Below, piece by piece: positions 8,895 through 18,163 of a DNA stretch of 59,439 bases (its first letter is position 1; every line of letters starts with the position of its first letter). The DNA is from a virus (Duplodnaviria > Caudoviricetes), in IMG/VR virus record IMGVR_UViG_3300037459_000125, positions 1 through 59,439 of that record, one strand, 5' to 3'. Under the pieces are notes generated by a model. The model worked only from the letters and a program-made list of their open reading frames with translations. It was not told the origin of the DNA and ran no database searches. Both the position numbers and the translations under genes were made by a program.

Positions 8895-9430
8895 GGCTTA
8901 GGCTCTAGGGTGTCGCTAGCGCGCTTCATATCGGCCAGCACCAACAACTGTTTTCCACCCCTGCCACCCAGTAGTTCTATATTCTCCGGCACATCAACTC
9001 CGTGTCGTTCCTCCCATTCAGGACGAGCCTCGTCTAGGCCGTTGTCCAAGTAAACGTCGAACACCTTTGCGAACGGCTCCAGCGCCTCGCGGAGACGGGT
9101 GATCTCGTTCTCCAACTCGCCCGATTTATGAAACCGTTTAGCGTCCACCCTACGCAATCTCGCAATCTCTTCGTTTTTATCGCCAGCTTCTTTCATCAGC
9201 CGCTCAACATCAACTTCCAGCCCTCGGTATGAAACACGACAACGATCTATGGAGCCGTCCCGCCGCTCCACCTCCTGCCGCAGATCCCGGTTCTCGTCGA
9301 GAATCTGGATGGCGTCGCAGGGCCAAGATCCACGACATGTACGGCAATCCGCTTTTTCGGGCCAGTGTTCAACCATCACTGTAGATGTGTGCCGCGCCCG
9401 GATCGCGTCGGTGTCGAGGGGGTTAGTCAT
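8891..9430 (-). CDS. Hypothetical coiled-coil protein with CxxC..WPC motif
   Basis: CRTCRGSWPC; repeated EIARLR; start probably MTNPLD. Confidence 0.6.
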   Translation of the reverse strand: MTNPLDTDAIRARHTSTVMVEHWPEKADCRTCRGSWPCDAIQILDENRDLRQEVERRDGSIDRCRVSYRGLEVDVERLMKEAGDKNEEIARLRRVDAKRFHKSGELENEITRLREALEPFAKVFDVYLDNGLDEARPEWEERHGVDVPENIELLGGRGGKQLLVLADMKRASDTLEPKP

Positions 9431-9836
9431 CGGTGGGCTCAGGGGTGGGGGCTCGGACGGCGGCGGCGATACGGACCTTGTGGTAAAGCCCGTAGGCGGG
9501 CTTGCTACCGGGTTCATTCCATTTTCTGCACGCAACCCCTGCGCCTACTAGGCAATCAGAATTAGCGCAGCCTACAAGTAGTGGGTCAGCGCCCGCACAC
9601 CGCTCGGTCTCGGCCTGGACACGATCAGCAACAGCCTTCACTCGACCATCACTGTGCATGTCCCGCTTGCCCAGGAGCGTCTCGTGCCACAACACGGCCT
9701 CGGCCTCGACGGCGGCGCGGACCCGTTTCAATATCTGCCGACGTGACGGGATGGGGATAAGTTTCGAGACAGTTTTCTGCTTGATAAGCGACAAAATCTC
9801 ATCAGCGGCTTTCTCTTCCGGTGTCGGCTCACTCAT
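9423..9836 (-). CDS. Hypothetical protein
   Basis: Overlaps its neighbours at both ends. Confidence 0.55.
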   Translation of the reverse strand: MSEPTPEEKAADEILSLIKQKTVSKLIPIPSRRQILKRVRAAVEAEAVLWHETLLGKRDMHSDGRVKAVADRVQAETERCAGADPLLVGCANSDCLVGAGVACRKWNEPGSKPAYGLYHKVRIAAAVRAPTPEPTDD

Positions 9837-10197
9837 CCGGCAACTCACAGGCCGTGCCAAACAACCGCAAGAACACTCCGAAATCCCCGAAACCAACCCG
9901 AAGGTCGCCAGTGAAATCCGCAGCCCTACAGATATCCAACGGCACGTTGGGGATGTTGGCCTGAATCACCCTCGGGTGCCCCGGTTCGGTGATCTCCAAC
10001 CGACTCTCATCCTCGAAGACAGCCCAGATCCGTACGGTATGAGACTGGTCGTCGGAGACACAGACCTCCACCACCGGCTCGGTAATCAGGTGTATGGTCT
10101 CGTAGGGCTCGTCATCCAACTCGGCCTCGTAGTGGGTCACGGGCCCCGTCGGTGGATCCCAGATATAGAGGGCACATAGTAGGGCGGTTCTCAGCAT
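9829..10197 (-). CDS. Small protein with FnIII-like segment and dockerin/EF-hand-like tail
   Basis: WDPPTGPVTHYE...HTVRIWA; CRAADFTGDLRVGFGDFGVFLRLFG; GGAGG before ATG 10197. Confidence 0.55.
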   Translation of the reverse strand: MLRTALLCALYIWDPPTGPVTHYEAELDDEPYETIHLITEPVVEVCVSDDQSHTVRIWAVFEDESRLEITEPGHPRVIQANIPNVPLDICRAADFTGDLRVGFGDFGVFLRLFGTACELPDE

Positions 10198-10427
10198 CTT
10201 CGGTTCCTCCATTCTAGCTCGGCACACCGGCAACAGGTTCGGAAGCGGGGCTTCGGGACCCGCTTCGTGGTCCAGGTTTTTGCGGCGCTGGGCTGGTAGA
10301 GTTCGTACCAGACAATATACTCGAAGCATCCCGGAACCTTACACCTCTGGTCTAGGCGACGGTGTTTCCAAACGACCGGAGGGGGGTCTGTGGTGTCTGT
10401 TCCGCCGACGAGTTTGAGGGGGGTCAT
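10191..10427 (-). CDS. Small Cys-rich hypothetical protein
   Basis: CKVPGC...CCRC. Confidence 0.5.
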   Translation of the reverse strand: MTPLKLVGGTDTTDPPPVVWKHRRLDQRCKVPGCFEYIVWYELYQPSAAKTWTTKRVPKPRFRTCCRCAELEWRNRRC

Positions 10428-10657
10428 GTACCGTTGTCCGTGTCAAACTCTCCCACCTTCACAAACCCATCCCTTCCGTTCACCAACCCAGAGTTCGGTG
10501 GGGCCTTGTACCGGTCAATATAGTCATCTCCGTTGGTGAACTGGAGAACCGGCTCTCCGTCAATCAGAACTTTCACTCCGTACGCTACTTCTAGAAGTTC
10601 AATCCGATATGTTTTGAGGCCCCTATCAGTGACGTATCGAATACCTGTGTTGCTCAT
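10424..10657 (-). CDS. Hypothetical protein
   Basis: ATGA overlaps on both sides. Confidence 0.6.
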   Translation of the reverse strand: MSNTGIRYVTDRGLKTYRIELLEVAYGVKVLIDGEPVLQFTNGDDYIDRYKAPPNSGLVNGRDGFVKVGEFDTDNGT

Positions 10658-11067
10658 CCCAAAGCTCCCTCCCTCGCCCTAGCGTATCGTTTGGTGTTGA
10701 GGATTCGCTCGATTTGGTCGGCCTTTCGTGCCGGAGATTCCTCGTCTACGCCTAGACAAATTCGATTAGTCTCCCTTGCACTGAATCCGTAGAACTCTTG
10801 GAAATTACCCGCATAAACACTTAGTTGTCCGAACAGACCTTTCGGCCAAGTTTCGTAGTTCTGGATTGCTGCCCACCCGGCTACACAACAAGATGTACCA
10901 CATTTGAGAGCCTTTGTTGTAGTGGTTGGGTCATCGTGTTCGTGGATACCCCTAAATGTTCGTTTGGGATTGTAGGTCCACATCGCCAGATTCCTCTTCG
11001 GCAATCTCCGCATCAACCTCACCAACCGCATCGCATTCTTCCATTGTTTGGGCTTCATCCTGTCCAC
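10654..11067 (-). CDS. Conserved phage hypothetical protein
   Basis: CGTSCCVAGWA motif common in phage early genes. Confidence 0.65.
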   Translation of the reverse strand: MDRMKPKQWKNAMRLVRLMRRLPKRNLAMWTYNPKRTFRGIHEHDDPTTTTKALKCGTSCCVAGWAAIQNYETWPKGLFGQLSVYAGNFQEFYGFSARETNRICLGVDEESPARKADQIERILNTKRYARAREGALG

Positions 11068-12074
11068 TCCTTCATCTGATCCGTCTGCTCCTGAGTCCGC
11101 GGACGGAAAGTCTTAAGGTTCGCCTCTACTCGGTCTTTGTTCCGACAGAGGACTTGGAATTCGCATCCTCCATAGTTCTCGCAGGCTCCCGTTTTAGTAC
11201 CGTGGTCGGGGAACCAGCGGTTAATGGCTTCTTCCTCAGGGTATCCAGCATCGAGGTCATTAGAGAAACCTTCTGTTCGATGGTCAATTTGTTGTAGTAT
11301 GTCAAGCGCTGAAAGTCGAAAGGTGTTAAAATCGTGATGATCGCGTCGAGTGCTTTCTCGAATTGCGATCTTCGTCTTCCCCTTCTTAATGACAACATTA
11401 CACAGCACCCCATCTATTTGTTCTCCCGGAAACAGGGAGGCCAGAACGAAACACTCCCCAGTAAACTGGGAGTCAGTGTGGATGGCATTCAACCTCTTCT
11501 GCGCCCAGAACCCGGGGGCCGAGGTCTTGTGCTCCATCACCTTTGGGTATCCGTGGTGGTGGATCAGGAGATCTGCCCGACAGGTGAAAACGTAACCGCT
11601 GTTTGCGAGGTCCACCTTGAACTCCCTCTCGATTAGGGGCTCACCGGCCCCATCGTGCATAACACGGATGGTTGGATAGTCGGGGGCGGCTCCGTTGAGG
11701 CTGAACTGATCGTAGTAGGCGATAATCATTGAGGTTAGGAGGATCTTGTCCTCGTCGGCTTTCTCCTCGGAGGCGTAGCGGGAGACCGAGGAGGCATGGT
11801 GGATCTCTAGCTTTGCTACGGCCCGGTCCAAGTTCCACTCTCCGGTGTCTTCACCGTCCTGACAGCCGGAGAGATACAGCTCTGCGATGGCCTCGTGGAA
11901 GGTAGAGCCCTTAATCAAGTGTTCAGAGATGAACTGGGCTCGGATACCCTTGCTCCCCTCGAAAGGGCGGTAGTAGGAGTTGAACCACCGACGGGGACAG
12001 GTGGCGAAGGAGGAGAGGTAGGAGTTACCGACGAGGGAGCCACCCTTGGGATCATTTTCGGGGATGAATTTCAT
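11055..12074 (-). CDS. PD-(D/E)XK (RecB/Cas4-like) exonuclease
   Basis: SYLSSFATCPRR, GSTFHEA, IEREF, CRADLL...VMEHKT, C-terminal C...C.F..LC. Confidence 0.9.
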   Translation of the reverse strand: MKFIPENDPKGGSLVGNSYLSSFATCPRRWFNSYYRPFEGSKGIRAQFISEHLIKGSTFHEAIAELYLSGCQDGEDTGEWNLDRAVAKLEIHHASSVSRYASEEKADEDKILLTSMIIAYYDQFSLNGAAPDYPTIRVMHDGAGEPLIEREFKVDLANSGYVFTCRADLLIHHHGYPKVMEHKTSAPGFWAQKRLNAIHTDSQFTGECFVLASLFPGEQIDGVLCNVVIKKGKTKIAIRESTRRDHHDFNTFRLSALDILQQIDHRTEGFSNDLDAGYPEEEAINRWFPDHGTKTGACENYGGCEFQVLCRNKDRVEANLKTFRPRTQEQTDQMKEWTG

Positions 12075-12403
12075 TTCAATGCCGCCTCGAACTCTTTTTT
12101 AGGCCAGAACCACTTATCCTCAACAATATGACCGATAGCATCCACCCCACCATTGGTAGCTGATACCCGAATTGTTTTACCTTTCAGATCTTCCCACTTC
12201 CCAACCCCAACCACCTCAAGCACTCGCCAGATAAACAGGCCACAGAGGTTAGGCCCCTCACCTTGAGATTTGGGAGCATAGAGATTGTACCCACCAAATC
12301 CCTGCCCGGACCCACCATAATTAAGATGAACCCAAGCAGACAACAGCCCATGATCCTCGTTATTGATTGTTGCACTTATGATTACAGCGTTCTTCTCACC
12401 CAT
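12071..12403 (-). CDS. Conserved phage hypothetical protein
   Basis: EDHG..GSGQGFGGY..WEDLKGK..IGHIVEDKWF; GGAGG before MGEKN. Confidence 0.7.
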   Translation of the reverse strand: MGEKNAVIISATINNEDHGLLSAWVHLNYGGSGQGFGGYNLYAPKSQGEGPNLCGLFIWRVLEVVGVGKWEDLKGKTIRVSATNGGVDAIGHIVEDKWFWPKKEFEAALK

Positions 12404-12404
12404 C

Positions 12405-12752
12405 TCAAACCTCCGTCGCCTCACCCTTAAAGACTTTCTCACAAACCAGATCCACCAAGACATCAAGCTCCGGCTTGTCGAGGAAGTGTTCGATCTCCTC
12501 CGCGGTGGAGAATAGCCTGACCGAAGCCCGACCGGGGAAGTAAAGAATCAAGGTATGGATCTCGATCTCCGTGATCTCTGATTTGAACTTCCCTCGGTTC
12601 CCGTCGGCATCGGCTCCCCAGTTTTCATCATCGTAGGTTTGGACTTGGGCCTCTACCAAGATGGCCGAGTCCGCTGGGGGGAACAGTTCGAGTGTGTGTT
12701 CGACCTGGACGTTGTAGGTACGGTGGGAGTTCATCGAGTAACTCCTACCCAT
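12405..12752 (-). CDS. Hypothetical protein
   Basis: ENWGADADGNRG motif. Confidence 0.6.
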   Translation of the reverse strand: MGRSYSMNSHRTYNVQVEHTLELFPPADSAILVEAQVQTYDDENWGADADGNRGKFKSEITEIEIHTLILYFPGRASVRLFSTAEEIEHFLDKPELDVLVDLVCEKVFKGEATEV

Positions 12753-12849
12753 ATACTACCTAGAATTAAAGAAAGTTGAATTATCATTATCCAACCAGTA
12801 CCGTCTAAACTCTTGAGAAGTTGAATAATCTCCGCAGCCTGTTCAGGTG

Positions 12850-13107
12850 TCATTCATCCCCCTTCTTTTCAAACGCAGTTTTGGTGTTTCCTTCTTTCAC
12901 CAAAAAGTATTCCGCTATCTTCAATCCCCCAGAAAGGGTTTCTACGCCAGTTTCTACCGTGAAGTCATCCTCATAAACAAAGCAGGTACCTGAAAGATCT
13001 GGGTTGACTTTTCTTCTCAGGTGGTGGACAAGATAAATACTCCTGGGGAATACAGATTCTTCAGCTTTCTTCTTTCTTCCCACTTTTCTTCCTCCCAGCC
13101 TTCTCAA
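12850..13107 (-). CDS. Hypothetical protein
   Basis: Tiles the operon. Confidence 0.5.
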   Translation of the reverse strand: MRRLGGRKVGRKKKAEESVFPRSIYLVHHLRRKVNPDLSGTCFVYEDDFTVETGVETLSGGLKIAEYFLVKEGNTKTAFEKKGDE

Positions 13108-13399
13108 ACATCCCCTGCCACTCAGGGTCCGTCCATCGAAGTTCAGATAGAGTACCTAATTCTGAGATATGTGTCAATAAAATTCCGAGCGAGTCCACTT
13201 TTGATATTGTGACCGGGGTCCCCACGGGGAGCCTGAGCCCGGGCCGGAACCACTCCCGTCGGAGAAGGAGCCGTTGTCCGAGCTTGAGTGTTCTCCAGGA
13301 CTGTTTGGTTCGGGCTACCTTCTTGGCCGGTTGGGGGATGGTCCGGGTGAGCCGGTCGGCGATCTGATTCAAGAGCTGTTTGCTGACGGGGACAGACAC
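13061..13399 (-). CDS. Hypothetical protein (possibly SH3-like)
   Basis: GAGGAG before GTG. Confidence 0.55.
   Translation of the reverse strand: MSVPVSKQLLNQIADRLTRTIPQPAKKVARTKQSWRTLKLGQRLLLRREWFRPGLRLPVGTPVTISKVDSLGILLTHISELGTLSELRWTDPEWQGMFEKAGRKKSGKKEES
13149..13177 (-). promoter_or_regulatory. Sigma70-type promoter TTGACA-17-TACTCT
   Basis: Consensus match; shares AGGTACWCTATC with the promoters at 18443 and 18810. Confidence 0.6.
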
Positions 13400-13418
13400 G
13401 GGGCTCTCTCCTCGGGGT

Positions 13419-13595
13419 GATTAGTTCTACCTGCTGGCCGGATTCCAACCGACTAGCTGTTTACGGGTGGCTTCCCGTTGGTTTTACAGCGGTTCTTACA
13501 CCACCTGCCAATGGTTTCGGGATCAAAGGACGTGCGAAGCGCCTCCCCCTAGCCACAAGCTGTGTCGCACCACATCGCAACAGGTAGAACTAATC
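13419..13595 (-). ncRNA. Candidate tRNA-like structured RNA
   Basis: 18-bp closing stem with one G.U; T-arm-like GTCGG-TTGGAAT-CCGGC abutting the 3' strand; internal stems. Confidence 0.6.
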
Positions 13596-13832
13596 CTCCC
13601 TCTTCCAAGGTAGATTCAATTCCCGCAGATACTCATGCTCGGCCATAGTACCTGTGTTTGGCCTACTGTCACCTATATCATCCTTATACCTACCTACCCT
13701 CCCCTTCATCCCATTATTCGTAATGATAGGAGCCGTGATCTTCCAATTCTTCTCGTCAGCCTTCAACAGCCGTCGGTACATACTCCGAGCCCTGATCCGA
13801 GCGAACTTCCTTTTACTTGCTTTGTTGGGCAT
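13590..13832 (-). CDS. Basic hypothetical protein
   Basis: SD and ATG present; tiles the operon. Confidence 0.55.
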   Translation of the reverse strand: MPNKASKRKFARIRARSMYRRLLKADEKNWKITAPIITNNGMKGRVGRYKDDIGDSRPNTGTMAEHEYLRELNLPWKRED

Positions 13833-13859
13833 TATTCTCTATCTCCATCGGGGGTAGAA

Positions 13860-14213
13860 TCAATCTCCATCCCACACACCATCCGGTCGCATCTCTGCAA
13901 GCACGATCAGTTGTAGAATTGCTCGCTTTGCGTTCCCTTCAGTTGGTTTCCAATAATCATCATCAACATCATCCCCAAGAGAATCAGCGAGAGATTGGAG
14001 TGCAGTAATACTTTCGGATGCTTTCATCCCATAGATGGTACGGATACCTTCCTCCCCAAGGGGTGTGAAGTGCCGACCGTAATTATATGTGATGTTTAGG
14101 TGGCAATTTGTTGTGCCCCCAAGTATATAGGTTCCTCCAGTCATTTGATGGGGGGAGTTCAACTGGAGCATTTCGCCACTCACTGGATCATTGAGGTAGA
14201 TATCGTAGCTCAT
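13860..14213 (-). CDS. Conserved phage hypothetical protein
   Basis: MSYDIYL..NITYNY..YWKPTEGNAKRA..RPDGVW. Confidence 0.75.
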   Translation of the reverse strand: MSYDIYLNDPVSGEMLQLNSPHQMTGGTYILGGTTNCHLNITYNYGRHFTPLGEEGIRTIYGMKASESITALQSLADSLGDDVDDDYWKPTEGNAKRAILQLIVLAEMRPDGVWDGD

Positions 14214-14602
14214 TAGTTTTCCTTCCATCAAACCCAAGGACACTCGGCCAGAGGCACCGCAATAGCCAAGAATAGCAGGAGGTAACGCGACGAAATGCTC
14301 GCCCCCGGTCGGGGGGAGGAAAAACCGCGACGGTGCCCTACTACTGCAACCCTAGGGGCTGCTGTCCAAGTCAACATCTTCCTATCAAACTCCCTGCCAG
14401 GACCACGAGGATAAACCAGAGTCCGATCTTGGCCACGTAGTCGGTCTGCCCGGGGCCTACCAATGAATCACCTCTTCGGGCTCACGGGTCTTGAGTGGGG
14501 GACGGACTACCATTCTCCGCCTCTGGACGTAGACTCCCCGATGGTATCCGATCCAGCCGTTGAGCACGAAAAGGACAAAGAGGATTAGCCAGTGACCTTC
14601 GA

Positions 14603-15073
14603 TCACTCCGGGGCTCCTTGGTTGTACTGGAAAGAATCAGCATGGGCATCGCAACGGATTTCCCCGTCACTACATATATCCAGGGGCCCACCGCAATCCT
14701 CGAAAGGTACACGGTTTCGTTCCCCATCGAGACACATATCACCTTCCTCATCGTCAGAGTGTGCATCACTTTGACCTTTGGGGGCTCCTTGAGTGGCTTT
14801 GAGGATGGCAGCCCGAGCAATCTCGTTGATACGCAAAAGCTGGACAACTACATTGGGCCATTGGTATGTCACGTCTTCCTTGATCTTCTCCAGCGCTGCT
14901 AGAAGCTCTGGCGCGGCTGCGATTAGGCGGGCGTTGGCCCGCATAGCCGGTCCTGGCTTCTCAGAGGGGTAGGGCATCCCGTTCATATAGCAAACCCCTT
15001 GGTCATCCCGACCTCCAGTAATGAATTCCCATTTGCCGCTAATTCTCCATGGCCCGGGCGTATGCTCTGTCAT
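14603..15073 (-). CDS. HTPGPW..ANARLIAAAP family phage early protein
   Basis: Signature motifs. Confidence 0.75.
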   Translation of the reverse strand: MTEHTPGPWRISGKWEFITGGRDDQGVCYMNGMPYPSEKPGPAMRANARLIAAAPELLAALEKIKEDVTYQWPNVVVQLLRINEIARAAILKATQGAPKGQSDAHSDDEEGDMCLDGERNRVPFEDCGGPLDICSDGEIRCDAHADSFQYNQGAPE

Positions 15074-15401
15074 TTCTATTTCTCCCTAAGCAAGAATTCT
15101 AACTCATTCAGCACCACAGTCGCCCCCAGTCTCATCTTCTCGTCCCCGCGGGGGATCTTGTTCCTAGCCTTCCGGCATCTATCGAGGACGGGAATGAGTA
15201 TTAGCCTCCTCCGCGTGAGGTCTTTGTTCCTGATCCTCTCCTGGGCAGCCGCTATGGCCTTGCGCTCACGTCTTTCCACGTTCCTAGGGTGGTGGGAATG
15301 GCAGAAGCCCTCAAGTGTCGCTGGGGCTCGACAGGGGCGTGGTGGGTCGTTGAAAGACCTACCGTAGACCTGTTCTTTGCAGAGAGGGGGGGCGGCCACA
15401 G

Positions 15402-15866
15402 CTACAGCGCCTCGATCATGTTGTCCAGAGCATCGGTGTCCAAGCCTGAGTCGTTCCAAGCCACCCCGTCAGGGGTTCTAGTAAGAGGTGCGCCTATCTC
15501 CAAAAGGAGGCGTGTTTCTTCGATTGCGTCTATTCTAGCAACGAAATCGGCATAGTTTCTAGCTTCTTTACCTAGTTCATAGAATCCCTCATCGTTCCCG
15601 ATCCACAGAGCCACGTTCCAAGTCTGGTAGTTTTCCCACCCGTTATAGCCTTCGCTCATCATTTCCCCCCCACTAGGCCCGTTTGTACCTGCGATATACC
15701 CGAGCCACCGCTCTCGGTCGAACCTGGGATTTTGGCTCTGGCAGAAGTCAGCCAAGGCGAAGATTTGACCCTCAATGAAGGGTGGGGAATCCACAATCTC
15801 GGCTGTTTTGTTGTAGTTGCGGATAATGTCTGCGAGCTGGATGAAATGGCGTTTACTCATTCCCAT
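15402..15866 (-). CDS. Early protein with two phage domains (SKRHF..NPRFD and YNGW.NY.TWNVALW)
   Basis: Both motifs in one frame; AGGAGG SD. Confidence 0.7.
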   Translation of the reverse strand: MGMSKRHFIQLADIIRNYNKTAEIVDSPPFIEGQIFALADFCQSQNPRFDRERWLGYIAGTNGPSGGEMMSEGYNGWENYQTWNVALWIGNDEGFYELGKEARNYADFVARIDAIEETRLLLEIGAPLTRTPDGVAWNDSGLDTDALDNMIEAL

Positions 15867-15909
15867 TGTGTTTCCTCCTTAGGTATCACTTCGGGTGTTT
15901 CGCTCGGAT

Positions 15910-15938
15910 ACTTTAGCACAAACTCCGAGTGGTGTCAA
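15910..15938 (-). promoter_or_regulatory. Sigma70-type early promoter TTGACA-17-TAAAGT with extended TG
   Basis: Consensus match upstream of 15866. Confidence 0.7.
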
Positions 15939-16344
15939 ACTCAACTACTAATCTCCTGCTAATGAAAGTCAATTTAGTAGTTCCCCGCGGGGACTGTAGG
16001 GCTCTCCACCTACCCCTAAAAGGGGCAGTAAATGACGGTTTGACACTTTTGACACTTTGCGTTGAAATCCCTACGCTCGCAATCGGCACTTTTGGCACTT
16101 TCGGCAACTTCGAGTGTAACTAGCTGATAAAACCCCCATGTGGGGGGAAATCCCCTGAGTGCAGTGATGTTAGAGATATATTGTTGTTTGTGTATTATAA
16201 GCGGAGCTATTATGCTCTAACTCAACCTCCTGCCTTTAATAAAAGAGGGGTGCACGGTTTACAACCCACAGAGTTGTGTACCCCCTACCTACCCTTGGAG
16301 TATGATTTAACCTACTCTTTCGGGTAGGGAGAAAAGCCTACAGT

Positions 16345-16420
16345 TGGTCAGGAGTATGGGAATCGAACCCATATCGGCGGGGCCACAACCCACTGTTTTA
16401 GCCGGTTAAACTAACTCCTG
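16345..16420 (-). tRNA. tRNA-His (GTG), CCA encoded, A73, no G-1
   Basis: Cloverleaf: CAGGAGT/ACTCCTG acceptor, GTGGG-TTGTGGC-CCCGC anticodon arm, ATGGG-TTCGATT-CCCAT T arm, ACCA. Confidence 0.92.
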
Positions 16421-16702
16421 GTTTGGGGTGTTGGGCCCTCAGTCTCCCAGACTGACCGCCCACGCTCCCGCCCGGATCAGTCCATAGATCACAGCCGAGG
16501 TGGTTATCCAGAGTAGGTAGATCATCGGTTCTCCTTCCCCGCGGGGATATCAGTCTTCTCCCCAAAGTCAAACAACAAACCTGGAGTCTGGTCTCTCCAA
16601 GGCGAGTCTACAAAGCTGAGCCCGATAGACTCCGCAGCCGTCACTGGTTCAGTCTGATCGGGGTGGCCGTGGAATGTTAGCGGTAGGTCGATTGGGTGCA
16701 TT

Positions 16703-17026
16703 TCACACTTCCTCTATGTCTAGGGTCGATAGAATCGCTGATCGCAGATCCTCTGCGGGCTCTTCACCACTATCAGTCAATCGACGGCACAGTACGCCCA
16801 TACTCCGGGGCTCAATCCTGAAACCTCGCTTCCCGTAACACCCTTCAAACTCCTTGAAGAATATCGCGGTAAGGTGGGCGTCGATCCCCTGATTGACCGC
16901 AGAGGATAGAGTCTCGAAATCCTCGGACCCTTGATGACACTCGATCTCGTAACCCTCCGGGCATTCTCGGGTTACTGCCGCAATAATTACTTCCTCTGGT
17001 GTAGTACCTGCTGTATAGGTTTGCAT
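16703..17026 (-). CDS. Hypothetical early protein
   Basis: GGGAG SD; AVNQGIDAHL motif. Confidence 0.65.
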   Translation of the reverse strand: MQTYTAGTTPEEVIIAAVTRECPEGYEIECHQGSEDFETLSSAVNQGIDAHLTAIFFKEFEGCYGKRGFRIEPRSMGVLCRRLTDSGEEPAEDLRSAILSTLDIEEV

Positions 17027-17081
17027 TTCCGTTCTCCCTTATTCTAACCCTAACCCTTACCCCATCCCACCCCGAGATCTC

Positions 17082-17426
17082 TCAACCCTGGGGATCCTCG
17101 GGGCTTCCCGTGGGGATATTTCCCTTAGCTTGAGCCACATACCCCTCGGCCTCGGCTAGATGCGCCTTGTAGATATCCATTCCCGGTTCAGTCCGCGCCG
17201 CTTGCAGCAACCATTCTAGGGAATGAAGTAGATCAGGAGCAGCAACTATAAGCCGCGCATTCTCTTCTTGATTGTTAGCGTAGTGTGGGCGTGGGCTCAC
17301 ACTCGCGATCATGCCTCGCTTTGCCGGACGAGTAGCACTCCCTGTTATTGCTATTGTGTTGTCTCGTGGATCACGTTCCCCAACTACCCATGGTCTTGCA
17401 GTGTGCATTTCCTTCCCCCTAATCAT
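17082..17426 (-). CDS. Second HT.PW..NARLI.AAP family protein
   Basis: Paralogous motifs to 14603..15073. Confidence 0.7.
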   Translation of the reverse strand: MIRGKEMHTARPWVVGERDPRDNTIAITGSATRPAKRGMIASVSPRPHYANNQEENARLIVAAPDLLHSLEWLLQAARTEPGMDIYKAHLAEAEGYVAQAKGNIPTGSPEDPQG

Positions 17427-17889
17427 TAACTCACTTCAGAGTTAATACACCATCGGCCCCCAAGCGCAAGACCTTGAGGATAATAATCTAATAAACTTTC
17501 TAACAGACTTAGAGCCAATGGAAAGGTCTATTCTTTACTCAAGTTAGATAGACTTGGGGAGGGGGGCCAGTGTCCCCGGGGGGACTGTGTATGCAAGTGC
17601 TGTGCCAACCCCCCGTCCTCCCTACCCTGGGCTTGGATGGTGCGCCTCATGTGCTTGGGCTAGCCCGCATGCGGTGGGCTAATGTAAGATACCAACCGAC
17701 GAGGTGTAAGTTATTAACTTACACTCTGTCCCCCGGGGGACCAGTAAGGTCTAAGGAGTGCCTGTCTATCGAAGCCTTTGGAGTAGAAAGTAAAGTCCCC
17801 CACAGAGACTCTGGTACTGAACACCCTTCGGTCTCGTGGGAGAGAGTCTAGAGGAGGAGTACACAGTTCGGTGTCCCCCCAGATTCTTA

Positions 17890-17946
17890 TACTCCGACTT
17901 AACTTTAGGTGGTCGGAAGTTATAGGATTTGCTAACCTTTCGGCTC
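17890..17946 (+). repeat. 57-bp direct repeat copy 1 (copy 2 at 18653..18709), contains TGCTAACCT extended -10-like element
   Basis: One mismatch between copies. Confidence 0.85.
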
Positions 17947-17967
17947 CTTAGTCAGAGAGGTGTTCTA

Positions 17968-18083
17968 CTGTCCTGCCTCTCGGCCTAGACGTATGCGGCC
18001 ACGTATGGTTCTCCCGGACCTAAACCGACGGGGGCGACAAGCCGGATGCGTGACGAGGCGATTGTAAGCTTGGGGCAGGGCAG
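17968..18083 (+). ncRNA. Candidate small structured RNA
   Basis: 12-bp closing stem CTGTCCTGCCTC/GGGGCAGGGCAG with G.U pairs; nested CACGTAT/ATGCGTG and CTCCCG/CGGGGG. Confidence 0.45.
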
Positions 18084-18163
18084 CCGATAGTTTCTGTGTT
18101 ACAATAATTGGCGAGAGCCTTTCTACGGGAACCTCGCCGCGCCTTAACCTAGAGGACCATACG

